Virus record (IMG/VR): IMGVR_UViG_3300027970_000001
Location: 75,211 to 139,210 of that record
Length of the DNA: 64,000 bases
Direction: 5' to 3' (one strand)
Source of the DNA: a virus
A program made the translations under genes and the position numbers. Under the pieces are notes generated by a model that was given only the letters and a program-made list of their open reading frames with translations, made no database searches and had not been told where the DNA came from. Shown one piece after another: positions 1 through 8,552 of the stretch (its first letter is position 1; every line of letters starts with the position of its first letter).

Positions 1-29
1 TCTGCACAGAGAGCAAGGCGGCCGAGCAG

Positions 30-365
30 ATGGGCTACTACGATGAAGCCCAAAGCATCCGCTGGGATATCGGAGACTGGGCGCACGATTGCGAGCACGC
101 CCTTCGTTTCGGGCACAGGGTTCGGACCATCCCTCGCGGCACCGGATGGGAGCAGCCGGACCCCAAAGACACCGTCTACTACGTCTGGAACCTGTCAGAG
201 CCGCGGGTTTACGACAGCGGCATGATCCGGGGACTGAAGCTTGAAGAGGAGGCCGACGACGCGCTCTCCAAATGCGAGCAGGCTTGGTACAAGAACGGCA
301 TCGAGCTGCAAGCCCCTCCGATCGCCCACCCTTGGTTCACGGAAGAAGCGCCGTACATGCGGTGA
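30..365 (+). CDS. hypothetical protein
   Basis: Coding-like composition; collinear with the downstream GNAT gene. Confidence 0.55.
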   Translation: MGYYDEAQSIRWDIGDWAHDCEHALRFGHRVRTIPRGTGWEQPDPKDTVYYVWNLSEPRVYDSGMIRGLKLEEEADDALSKCEQAWYKNGIELQAPPIAHPWFTEEAPYMR

Positions 366-377
366 GATGGAGATGAC

Positions 378-797
378 GTGTCGGATGAATCCGGTTTTTC
401 TGTCGTAGACGAAGGAGACGAGCTGTCAGTACACGCGGCTGACCTCGGCTTTGCATCGTTTCTGTACGGGTCGACAAGACACGTTGTCGAGACGCTGCTC
501 GCTGCGGAGCGCGCTGAGACGGCCGAGTGGGCAGCGGACGCTGGAGACGAATCAATTGCATGGCTGACCGGGATCGAGGTCGTGCCAGGCCAAAGGCGCT
601 TGGGCCTCGGAAGCGAGATGCTGGTGCGCGGCCTTGAAGAGCTGGAGCAGAGGGGCGTGGCTCTCGTGTTCTTGAACTCGATGCCCGACTTGGGCTACGA
701 GCGGAAGCTTCCGGCGTGGTATCGAAAGCACGGGTTCCGATCTGCCGGCAAGATGGACGGGACGACCGTTTACTTCCAGCATCTCTCGGGAGAATAG
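378..797 (+). CDS. GNAT-family acetyltransferase
   Basis: IEVVPGQRRLGLGSEML (motif A, Q/RxxGxG) and WYRKHGF (motif B). Confidence 0.8.
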   Translation: MSDESGFSVVDEGDELSVHAADLGFASFLYGSTRHVVETLLAAERAETAEWAADAGDESIAWLTGIEVVPGQRRLGLGSEMLVRGLEELEQRGVALVFLNSMPDLGYERKLPAWYRKHGFRSAGKMDGTTVYFQHLSGE

Positions 798-941
798 GGA
801 CCCCGGCCAAGTTTGTCTTGCCATCTTGATCGAGGGGTGATCTAACGTGGACGTGCGGCGCGACACGACGGCAGAGGCAACGATCGTTGCCAAGTACGCT
901 ACGATGGAAGGCCTTCTCGACGAGCGAGGGCGCCGAGTTCG

Positions 942-1313
942 ATGCGATTTCCGATCTGGTCTACCCTCGCGATGCTGCCGACCACGTGGCTGCTGACGAT
1001 CAACGCCAGCGCGCTGGCTTTGGTCTACTGCGCCAGCATGATGTTCACCTTCGCGTATCACGCGAGCGGAGAGCAGCAGTGGCGTCGAATCGACCATGTT
1101 TTCGCCTACGGGGTGATCGGCTCCAATGCTTGGATGGCCTTCGAGACGCACAGTTTCGCATGGACGGCCGCGGCGCTGGCCATGGTGGTGATCTCCTTGC
1201 GGTTCTACCACCTGGCCAAGACTCGACCTGACCTGTACGACTGGTGGCACGGCTGGTGGCACCTTGCTGCGGGGGCGGCAGGCTGGTGCTTCGCGTGCGG
1301 CTACTTGTCGTGA
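942..1313 (+). CDS. small polytopic membrane protein, CREST/hemolysin-III-like metal-binding pattern
   Basis: About 4 hydrophobic helices with S...YH, DH and terminal HGWWH. Confidence 0.5.
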   Translation: MRFPIWSTLAMLPTTWLLTINASALALVYCASMMFTFAYHASGEQQWRRIDHVFAYGVIGSNAWMAFETHSFAWTAAALAMVVISLRFYHLAKTRPDLYDWWHGWWHLAAGAAGWCFACGYLS

Positions 1314-1724
1314 TCAGCGCAGCAGCCTTTCGAGCGCGACCATAGGCTCCAGGATGCCTGGAACGAGGTCGAACTTGACGGCTTGCTTGATGGGCACCCA
1401 TCGCATGTCGCTGCTCTCCCACGTCATCTTCAGATCGCCGGTCCATCGGCGGCTGACGTAGAGGTGCAAGGTGCCCCAGTCGTGGTGAGTCACCGAGAGG
1501 ATGGAAAGCCCGCGCGGCGTGACCGACACCTCCTCTTGCGCTTCCCTTACGGCTGCTTCGATGGGCGTCTCGCCGGGGTCGACCGTGCCACCTGGCAGGT
1601 TCCACTTGCCTGGCATCCACGGCGCGGTCATCCCCCGCTTTAGCAGGAGGACCTCGTTTCTGTCGTTGACGAGGAACACGGCTGCGCCGCCGCCGACCGC
1701 GTTGCGAGTCACCAGCGGTTGCAA
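1314..1724 (-). CDS. NUDIX hydrolase
   Basis: Nudix box GGTVDPGETPIEAAVREAQEEV; N-terminal VTRN. Confidence 0.9.
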   Translation of the reverse strand: MQPLVTRNAVGGGAAVFLVNDRNEVLLLKRGMTAPWMPGKWNLPGGTVDPGETPIEAAVREAQEEVSVTPRGLSILSVTHHDWGTLHLYVSRRWTGDLKMTWESSDMRWVPIKQAVKFDLVPGILEPMVALERLLR

Positions 1725-1778
1725 TGGCTTACCTGTGTTTTCAGGGGCATTCCGCGGTCGCCATTGCGTGGCTTCAAA

Positions 1779-2021
1779 TCAGCGGATGACGCGCAGCTTC
1801 CGGCCGTCCGCCCCACGGACCATGCTGTCGGGGGCGAGCTTCCAGTAGTTGCAGCAGCCGTAGGTCTTCACGGGCACCTTGAGGCCCATGCAGAAGCCGT
1901 CCTTGTCGCCAAGGTACTGGAGCTTCGAGCAAGTGCCGCAGAAGTATCCGGGGCCCGCGCTCGCGAAGCCCTCGACCTGTACGTATCCGGCGCCGTCCTT
2001 GATCTGCTTTTCGGTCTGCAT
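1779..2021 (-). CDS. small Cys-rich protein, HiPIP-like Fe-S or metal-binding pattern
   Basis: CGTC...GFC...V...GCCNYW spacing. Confidence 0.5.
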   Translation of the reverse strand: MQTEKQIKDGAGYVQVEGFASAGPGYFCGTCSKLQYLGDKDGFCMGLKVPVKTYGCCNYWKLAPDSMVRGADGRKLRVIR

Positions 2022-2037
2022 GGGCCCCCGCGTTGGC

Positions 2038-2307
2038 TCAGCGACGCCGACGGCGTCCGTGTTTGTTGAGGCGCAGCGACAGGCCGGCGCCGCCGGGGCC
2101 GACGTTGAGGAACGAGCCGCCCATGCCTCCGCCGCCGCCGCCGAAGCTCAGGATGGGGAACTTGTACGCCAGGTACCCTAGGCCGCCACCGATGGCCAGA
2201 GCGCCAAGGCCAATTGCCATGGCCGTGCTGTCAGACATCGGCGTCGAAGTGGTGGTCGTGGTGGTCGAAGTGAACTGGCCCAGGCTGGGCGAGTTGAAGT
2301 AGCTCAC
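2038..2307 (-). CDS. single-pass membrane protein, virion-type (MSY leader, TM, LRLN plus Arg tail)
   Basis: MSYFNSPSLGQ; hydrophobic AMAIGLGALAIGGGLGYLAY; ends NKHGRRRRR. Confidence 0.7.
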   Translation of the reverse strand: MSYFNSPSLGQFTSTTTTTTSTPMSDSTAMAIGLGALAIGGGLGYLAYKFPILSFGGGGGGMGGSFLNVGPGGAGLSLRLNKHGRRRRR

Positions 2308-2564
2308 GAGTGCCTCCGATGGCGACGGCGGTTCTTCTTGAAGATGTGCTCGGTCAGGAGCCGATGCTGGCCCATGACGTTGCCGACAATCGCCATGACG
2401 ATGCCGCCGATGACGCCGCCGAACAGCACCGTCTTGGCTCCACCTGACATCTCAGGGGCGGGCGCAGCGGCGGGCGGGGCAGTGGCAGGCGCGACCTGGC
2501 CGAAACCGTTCATCACGATGAAGCGGGAGTCCAAGGACCTCCCACGGGTCGATAGGTGTTGCAT
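2304..2564 (-). CDS. single-pass membrane protein, virion-type
   Basis: MNGFGQ, Ala/Pro linker, TM, FKKNRRRHRRHS; TAnnnT box 7 nt upstream of the ATG. Confidence 0.7.
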   Translation of the reverse strand: MQHLSTRGRSLDSRFIVMNGFGQVAPATAPPAAAPAPEMSGGAKTVLFGGVIGGIVMAIVGNVMGQHRLLTEHIFKKNRRRHRRHS

Positions 2565-2571
2565 CGCCGTG

Positions 2572-2580
2572 ACAGTATCA
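2572..2580 (-). promoter_or_regulatory. extended -10 (TGa-TACTGT) 7 nt upstream of start, leaderless type
   Basis: Forward acagtatca; same geometry as 11 other genes. Confidence 0.5.
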
Positions 2581-2610
2581 CAGGTGAAAGTAGAGCGCCA
2601 GGCTCGGCGC

Positions 2611-3384
2611 CTAATCCACCGACAGCACCTTCACCGGAAGGTAGGCGTTGTCAAAAATCACGTACTCGTCCCCACCTGGCGAGTAGCCATCGATGTGGAA
2701 GGCGCTGTACCCATGGCGCTCTGCAATCGCGGAGATGTCCGATAGGTCAAGCTCGGTGCCGAGGATGCGCTCCACCTCGGCATCGCGAAACGCTTCGGCG
2801 TTCTCGACGATGCTATCCATGAGGGCTTTGATGCTGTCGGCAACTTGCTCGTCGAGACCTCCTTCGACAGCCTCTCCGAGGGGCTCTTCGCAGGCCTCGG
2901 TGGCCATCCAGTTGCCTTGGCGTAGCTCATCCATTGTGCCCTTGAAGCACTGCTCCACCAGCGGTCGCGTTTCCGTCGGCAACCGCCTCGCCTGCTCCAG
3001 CAGCTCGGGCGTCAGCTTCCATCTGTCCAGGGCCTGCACGCCGAGAGCGTCCTTGACCTCTCCCTCGCAGTCTTCGAGCACAGAGTAGCGGTGCAGCTCG
3101 CCTGTCTTCCTGTCCTTGATATTGAACGAGAAGGGAGATGACCCCGGCGTGTAGATCACCAGCGATTGGCCGCACTCGTACGTGTCCGGCCCGATCTGGG
3201 CGACCAGCTCATCGGGCACTGGCGAGACCACGGAGTGGATGTGCTTGCCGAAGACCGACGCGAAGTCAGGGTCGGACGTTAGGTAGAGGCCGTACCCCAG
3301 CGAACCCGTGTAGCCAGGATCGTTGCCGTCTAGCTCCTCAAGCTCCTCGCTTGAGCCGTGGTACATCACGCTGGGGTCGGCCAT
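2611..3384 (-). CDS. ADP-ribosyltransferase-like (ART-PolyVal-like) protein
   Basis: MYHGS...GSLGYGLYLTSD..FA..FG and C-terminal GDEYVIFD. Confidence 0.65.
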   Translation of the reverse strand: MADPSVMYHGSSEELEELDGNDPGYTGSLGYGLYLTSDPDFASVFGKHIHSVVSPVPDELVAQIGPDTYECGQSLVIYTPGSSPFSFNIKDRKTGELHRYSVLEDCEGEVKDALGVQALDRWKLTPELLEQARRLPTETRPLVEQCFKGTMDELRQGNWMATEACEEPLGEAVEGGLDEQVADSIKALMDSIVENAEAFRDAEVERILGTELDLSDISAIAERHGYSAFHIDGYSPGGDEYVIFDNAYLPVKVLSVD

Positions 3385-3391
3385 AGGTCTC

Positions 3392-3574
3392 CTAATATCC
3401 GCCTGACTTGAACCAGCCCTGGCCGTTCAGGACAAACGAGGTCTGCCCGATGAGGCGGTTGGGCTCACCGTCGCAGCCTTCGGTGGGGCACTCTCTGAGA
3501 GGCGGGTCTGAGATCTTCCGCTTCTTCTCGAACTCGACCTTGCACTTGGGACATTCGTAGGGGTACGTCGGCAT
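3392..3574 (-). CDS. FmdB-family zinc-ribbon protein
   Basis: MPTYPYECPKC...ECP..GC....RLIGQTSFVLNGQGWF. Confidence 0.85.
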   Translation of the reverse strand: MPTYPYECPKCKVEFEKKRKISDPPLRECPTEGCDGEPNRLIGQTSFVLNGQGWFKSGGY

Positions 3575-3592
3575 GATCGAGGTGTAGCTTGG

Positions 3593-3736
3593 TCAGTCGA
3601 CCTTCACTGCGCCAGCGGCGATGGGGTCGAAGCCTTGGGGCCAGACGGTTTTGTCGTTCCACTCCGCGCCCTTCAGGTTGGCCCCGGTCAGGTCGGCATT
3701 GCGAAGGTCGGCATCGATCTCCCCGCCTGGAACATC
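3593..3736 (-). pseudogene. start-less pentapeptide-repeat fragment
   Basis: Open frame DVPGGEIDADLRNADLTGANLKGAEWNDKTVWPQGFDPIAAGAVKVD* directly after an in-frame TGA; no start codon. Confidence 0.6.
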
Positions 3737-3939
3737 TCACGCATCGCCCCCCGCGACGCTGACGCTTCCTCGGACGCCTGAGCGTAGGACGCTTCTTCGA
3801 TTTCTCGCCACGGCTCATCGATGCCGATGGTGTTGAAGATGACGCTCAATGTATCGAGCACCACCCACGGCTGCTTCTCACCGTAGAGCTTCTGGATGTA
3901 CTTGAGACGGTCGATGGGCGGGTTCTGGGTCAGCATCAC
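3688..3939 (-). CDS. short, probably truncated paralog of the N-terminus of 17290-19011
   Basis: LTQNPPIDRLKYIQKLY vs LEQNPPADRLRYIAKQY. Confidence 0.6.
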   Translation of the reverse strand: MMLTQNPPIDRLKYIQKLYGEKQPWVVLDTLSVIFNTIGIDEPWREIEEASYAQASEEASASRGAMREMFQAGRSMPTFAMPT

Positions 3940-4808
3940 TCGCCCTCCGTCTCAAACTTGGCGCCCTTCGGCATCTTTACCGGGAACGGGCTTTCTTTTG
4001 GCAGAAGTCCAGGGAACGCCTGCTCTAGCGCAACGCTGGAGGTGCCGTGGTACTCGATCTGAGCGGCTGGGTCGGCGCCTGCCGAGTAGACGACGCGCTC
4101 AACCACGTTGCCATCGCTGGTCACATCGTCGAGCGTCCAGACCTGCCATCCAGCACCTTCCAAGCGCTCGATGTCGGCCTCCGCGTCATCGTCGTCGGGA
4201 GGGTACACAACCTCGTACCACCAGGGCTTGACGGCAGTGACCTGAACCACGCGGTCAAGATCGAAATCGTCCATGAACCTGGTCTGATCGACGAGAATCA
4301 TCAGGACGCGAGATGGAATCTTGCCCGATGACACCCAGTCCGAGATGACGCTGTCCGGCTCGATCCCGGCCTCGCCGGCGTACAACTCCACTGCTTTCAT
4401 CGGGAAGTTGCCCATCCGCTCGAACAGGAAGTCCGACGGGTGGTCCCCGACGCCAAGCTCGCTCATGAAGTCGTCGTTTTGCTCCATCGCGAGCAAGTCA
4501 GCGAACGTCTTGCCTTCCGACAGGCTCTTTGCCACGCCCCGGCGAAAGCCATCGTCCTTGAAGGTGTAGCCAGCCTGGATCATGGCATCGGCGTCCGGCA
4601 GAGGCACCAGCCCCCGCACATCGAGCGCGACGACCACAGGGTAGCCCTTGTTGGCGAGGTGATCCCACGTCGCAATCGCGTAGGCAGCCGCAATCTGCTT
4701 GTCGGTCGTCGTGTGAACCCCGGAGAAATACTCCTCGGGGAGTCCGAACTTCTTTTGCGGCTGGTGAAAGCTCTGCGGTGGCTTGGCCAGCAACGGGTTG
4801 CGACGCAT
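3936..4808 (-). CDS. acidic protein with MRRNP start and ART-like motifs
   Basis: Starts MRRNP; GVHTTTDKQIAAAYA; C-terminal IEYHGTS; TAAGCT 7 nt upstream of ATG 4808. Confidence 0.7.
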   Translation of the reverse strand: MRRNPLLAKPPQSFHQPQKKFGLPEEYFSGVHTTTDKQIAAAYAIATWDHLANKGYPVVVALDVRGLVPLPDADAMIQAGYTFKDDGFRRGVAKSLSEGKTFADLLAMEQNDDFMSELGVGDHPSDFLFERMGNFPMKAVELYAGEAGIEPDSVISDWVSSGKIPSRVLMILVDQTRFMDDFDLDRVVQVTAVKPWWYEVVYPPDDDDAEADIERLEGAGWQVWTLDDVTSDGNVVERVVYSAGADPAAQIEYHGTSSVALEQAFPGLLPKESPFPVKMPKGAKFETEGE

Positions 4809-4907
4809 GCCGCGGAGCTTACAACGGCAAGGGCCCGGAGCCAAGGCAAGAAGCCCAGCGGCGCGCACCGGAGGGGCGCCGTTGGGCTCCGTGACGGTCG
4901 GGCAGAC

Positions 4908-5231
4908 TCAGCGGCGCGAGGTCTTGCGCTTCGAGGTCTTCTTACGCTTCGACGACATCAGGCTCGATTCGAGCCGGCCACGACGCTCGGGAGCGGACTT
5001 CTTCGAGGTGCGCTTCTTCGAGGCAACCTTCTTGGAGGTGGCCTTCTTGGAGGTGCGCTTCTTGGAGGTGGCCTTCTTGGAGGTGCGCTTCTTCGAGGTC
5101 TTGCGCTTGGAAGCCCGCTCTGCCTTGCGCGAGGCGGCCTCCGCGAGCTGATCAACGCGAGCGAATAGACGCATCAGTTCCTGCATGCGAGAGATCAAGC
5201 TATCTTTCGAGGGCAACTTCTTCTTTGCCAC
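4908..5231 (-). CDS. histone-H1/protamine-like basic protein
   Basis: Tandem K[RA]TSK repeats; very Lys/Arg/Ser rich. Confidence 0.75.
   Translation of the reverse strand: MAKKKLPSKDSLISRMQELMRLFARVDQLAEAASRKAERASKRKTSKKRTSKKATSKKRTSKKATSKKVASKKRTSKKSAPERRGRLESSLMSSKRKKTSKRKTSRR
5001..5103 (-). repeat. 15-bp tandem coding repeats (K[RA]TSK)
   Basis: cttcttggaggtggc / cttcttcgaggtgcg units. Confidence 0.8.
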
Positions 5232-5315
5232 CGTCTTGCTCCATTCAAGGCGTCCGCAAGATGCGGCGCTCGGAGGCCCACCGTATCACAAAAGAGTCAC
5301 GCATCAAACTCGGGG

Positions 5316-5816
5316 TCACACGATGAGCGCGTGCTGCGACCAGAAGTCCCTGGCCTCGGCCACGCCTTCCCAGTTCGGGATGGTCGTGTCCCCGGGTTCC
5401 CTCGGAGAGGCGGCTCCACCGTAGGCCGTGTAGAGGACCAAGCCCTCGTGGCCTCCTGTCGGACCGGCAAACACCGTCACCATGCGGACGCGCGGCTTGT
5501 CCCTGGAGTCCTTGAACACTCGGCTGGCGCACTTCCGGTTTCCACGGATGATGTACTTGACCTCCGACTCGTCCACGGGCGGCTCTCCCACGGACGGGCC
5601 GACGAGCGCGCTCTCCACGGTGCCAAGCTCAGGCGGGAGCATCAGGGTCTCGATGAAGAACGAGTTGCGGTCTGCCACCTGCCCAAGCACCCATTCAAGC
5701 TGCTCGGCGGTGAGCCCGTGGTCCACGTGACTCTCGGGGATGACCTTCACAGGATTCATGGCAAGGTGACGTCGCCTGCTGGATTTCCTGTCAGGCCGCT
5801 TGCTGGTGCGCTTCAT
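5316..5816 (-). CDS. conserved phage-type hypothetical protein with basic N-terminal tag
   Basis: MKRTSKRPDRKSSRRRHLAMNP then LYTAYGG.ASPREPGD...FWSQHAL. Confidence 0.75.
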   Translation of the reverse strand: MKRTSKRPDRKSSRRRHLAMNPVKVIPESHVDHGLTAEQLEWVLGQVADRNSFFIETLMLPPELGTVESALVGPSVGEPPVDESEVKYIIRGNRKCASRVFKDSRDKPRVRMVTVFAGPTGGHEGLVLYTAYGGAASPREPGDTTIPNWEGVAEARDFWSQHALIV

Positions 5817-5827
5817 CCCGCAAGATT

Positions 5828-6536
5828 GCTCCGCCTCAAGAGGACGGTCAACGCTCTCGTTGACTTCCTCCGCGGCGGTGATTACATCCGACACACCAGC
5901 CAGGAGATCCCGTTGAGCGAGAACAAGAACCAGGCGCCCCGACGCAAAAAGAAGATCGGGGCCCGCCTGCCCGGACTGCGCCTGCCCAAGTGGGCATCCG
6001 AAGTCGAGACCGACACCTACAAGCGTTTGCGAGCGGCCGTCGCTGCTGCTGGAAACGAGAAGACTTGGTTGGACGCAGCATCGGAGCTTGCCCGCTATGC
6101 CAGGGACAACTTCGGCATGGATGCGGCGGACGCGCTGTGGACCGCGCTTTGGAACTACAACGCGACCCTTCCCGGTGCCAACGCCGCAGTCGTGACGTGC
6201 CCCAACTGCGGCAACCGAGACATGGATCTGATGCTCGTGGAGCGCGTCGAGATTCGCCACGCCAAGCTCACTCGCGCTGTCCGAGAGGAGAGCAAGCCAA
6301 CCCAGGGCGTGTTCCAAAACTTCTTCAAGGACATCGAGCCGAAATACCCCGACTCGGCCCCCGTGACCAAGGGCGTCATCTGGCCCGAGGGATGCCGGCA
6401 CCAGGAGCTTCGAGTCCGCTGCGCCGTCTGCGATGAGGCATGGGAAGGGCTCGACGAGGTCGACTTCGACCCCGGCTACAGCGGCAGCCCAGACCCGATG
6501 GAACCGAGGGCCACGCCCAAGACGATGCTGAACTAG
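5828..6536 (+). CDS. hypothetical protein with two CxxC pairs (start uncertain)
   Basis: Good codon bias from about 5840; CPNC and CAVC. Confidence 0.55.
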
Positions 6537-8078
6537 CTATTGACCGAAGTTGATGCCCTCCCAGGGGCGCTCTGCGTCCTCCCCGAACTCTGTCTTGTAC
6601 CTCGGGGCATCCATGATGACGAAGGTCTTCATGTCCTCCATCAGCACGCCAGGCACGATGAACACCCGTGCCTCGACGCTGCTGGTGCGGGACGCCTTTG
6701 GGATCTTCCAGCGCAGCCCCACCACGCACGGCTCCAGGTCGTACTCGCCCGTATCCAAGTTGTACGGCGCGTCGTACGGCCTGAAGTCGCTCTGGTCGCC
6801 GTCAATGACTTCAAGGCCGAGGAACTCCTTCGGCAGGCCCGTCCAGGTCTCCTTGCGGCGTCCAGCCATCGCCGCGCTCACGGGCCACGTCCTCTTGTCG
6901 TCGCTCTCCGGGTAAGGGGGCGTCTGAGGCACCCTGCTCTTAGTCCACTTGGAGTAGCCGACCATGGCAAACGTCACCGCCACGCGGCGATGATTGCTTA
7001 CCACCTCGTGGTTGAGGCGCTTCAGGTTCGCGGGCGTGCCGCGATAGCTGAAGGTGAGGTCGTAGTTGCTGGTGCCGTAGCTCTTTGTCTTTGGATTCCA
7101 GGGGTTGCGAGATGCGACCTTGGTGTAGTCGTAGAACCTCACCCCCGGGAAGGACTGGACGGTCCCAGGAGAGAGCAGGGCCCAAGGGATGTCCGAGTAG
7201 ACATTGAGCCGCACAAACGGGATGACACCGCTGTCGTTGCACTGCTTCTCGAAGGTCGCGATGTTCTCGACCAGCATCCGCAGGAACGCGTGGTTCTCAA
7301 AGAAGAACGACTGCGTCAGCGCGTACTTCTTGATGGTGTTGTAGCGGTCGTTGAAGTTCTGCCCGCTGAACACGAGGCACGCCTTTCTACACTCCGGCGT
7401 TGATGCGAAGCAGGTGGTGGTCCTCTTGTAGCCGGCAAACCTTGCGTCGATGTCGTTGGCGCGCTTGATCCCATAGTCCGGTGCTCGGCGGATAGTCTTC
7501 TTGACGTCTTGGTCTTCCTTGTCGAGTCGCCAGGACTGCGCCGGGAGCAGGCTCAGGCCGGTGGTCGCGCTCGGAGGCAGACCGGGCCTTGGGCCGCCGG
7601 CCAGCTTGTAGTTCTGGCCGAAGAAGCTCTCCGTCATGTCTTTTGGAGTTCTGTACGCTCCGATTTTAGTGACGCACTCGTCGAGCCCACGCGTGCTCTT
7701 GTGGAGCCTCTGCGTCGGGAACATGTCGACCAGCCTTCGGTGAGCCTCGGTGAGGCTCATTTTCATCACTTCCTTGTACGGGATGGGATCGAGGCGCAAG
7801 ACCTTGAGGGCCCACTCGGGGTCTTTGAAGACGTCGACAGGACCTTCGTCCTTTTCTTCCGCCTCCCTGCCGCCGACGACCGGCAAGGACCGCTTGGCGT
7901 TGGCGGCCATCGGCATCGGGGCTTCGGCGTCCTTGATCAAGTCGTCGGAGCCGTCGTACCAGATCTTGGCTCGCGGCATCAGCTCCGAGGCTCGCTCCAC
8001 AGCCCCGACGTATGAATCCGCAACTTCGACCACCACCCCGTCCTGGTCGATGATCGCGAACTTGTACCCGTAATCCAT
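6537..8078 (-). CDS. GP88-like phage protein
   Basis: C..STPECRKACL.FSG...PFVRLNVYSDIPW...FYDYTK...NYDLTFS; MAAN after the N-terminal domain. Confidence 0.7.
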   Translation of the reverse strand: MDYGYKFAIIDQDGVVVEVADSYVGAVERASELMPRAKIWYDGSDDLIKDAEAPMPMAANAKRSLPVVGGREAEEKDEGPVDVFKDPEWALKVLRLDPIPYKEVMKMSLTEAHRRLVDMFPTQRLHKSTRGLDECVTKIGAYRTPKDMTESFFGQNYKLAGGPRPGLPPSATTGLSLLPAQSWRLDKEDQDVKKTIRRAPDYGIKRANDIDARFAGYKRTTTCFASTPECRKACLVFSGQNFNDRYNTIKKYALTQSFFFENHAFLRMLVENIATFEKQCNDSGVIPFVRLNVYSDIPWALLSPGTVQSFPGVRFYDYTKVASRNPWNPKTKSYGTSNYDLTFSYRGTPANLKRLNHEVVSNHRRVAVTFAMVGYSKWTKSRVPQTPPYPESDDKRTWPVSAAMAGRRKETWTGLPKEFLGLEVIDGDQSDFRPYDAPYNLDTGEYDLEPCVVGLRWKIPKASRTSSVEARVFIVPGVLMEDMKTFVIMDAPRYKTEFGEDAERPWEGINFGQ

Positions 8079-8085
8079 GGGCGCC

Positions 8086-8094
8086 AGCCTAGCA
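8086..8094 (-). promoter_or_regulatory. extended -10 (TGc-TAGGCT) 7 nt upstream of ATG 8078
   Basis: Forward agcctagca. Confidence 0.55.
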
Positions 8095-8097
8095 CGA

Positions 8098-8179
8098 TGC
8101 CGAGGGAGGGAGTCGAACCCTCACGTCCGATGGACACGCCGTCCTAAGCGGCGCGTGTCTGCCATTCCACCACCCCGGC
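8098..8179 (-). tRNA. trnL: tRNA-Leu (anticodon TAG), no encoded CCA
   Basis: Acceptor GCCGGGG/CCTCGGC+A; anticodon arm CGCCG-CTTAGGA-CGGCG; long variable arm; T arm GAGGGTTCGACTCCCTC. Confidence 0.95.
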
Positions 8180-8183
8180 CGCT

Positions 8184-8552
8184 TCACATACCAACGGGAA
8201 CGAGCTTGGTTCCGCGCGCAACGCGGTGAGCCTCAGCCCAACCACGCGGGACTTCAAGCACAAATCGGTATGGACCGCCGGGCTCGATGCTGCGGTGGCT
8301 CATCGGCACCCCCTGCCTCACCGACACCACACGCCACATGGCGTCGATGAAGATGATGTCCAGAGGCAGGGGCGTGTCCTTCATCCAGAACGCGCCTGAG
8401 GCGGCACTCGGGAAGGCGAACAGCATCCCGGTACCGGCGGGCAGCGAGCGGACGCCCATGAGGCCCTGGGCAATCTCGTCGGGCGTCGAGGCGACGCAGA
8501 CGCGCACCGAGCCTGCCCCCGGCACCATCACAGACGGCGGCGTGTAGCTCAT
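8184..8552 (-). CDS. DUF192 family protein
   Basis: VASTPDEIAQGLMG...GMLFAF....FWMKDTPLPLDIIFID...VLEVPRG. Confidence 0.9.
   Translation of the reverse strand: MSYTPPSVMVPGAGSVRVCVASTPDEIAQGLMGVRSLPAGTGMLFAFPSAASGAFWMKDTPLPLDIIFIDAMWRVVSVRQGVPMSHRSIEPGGPYRFVLEVPRGWAEAHRVARGTKLVPVGM

Noticed and set aside
8098-8179. tRNA as a prophage attachment site
   Set aside because: No integrase or duplicated 3-prime fragment; flanked by viral-type genes on both sides
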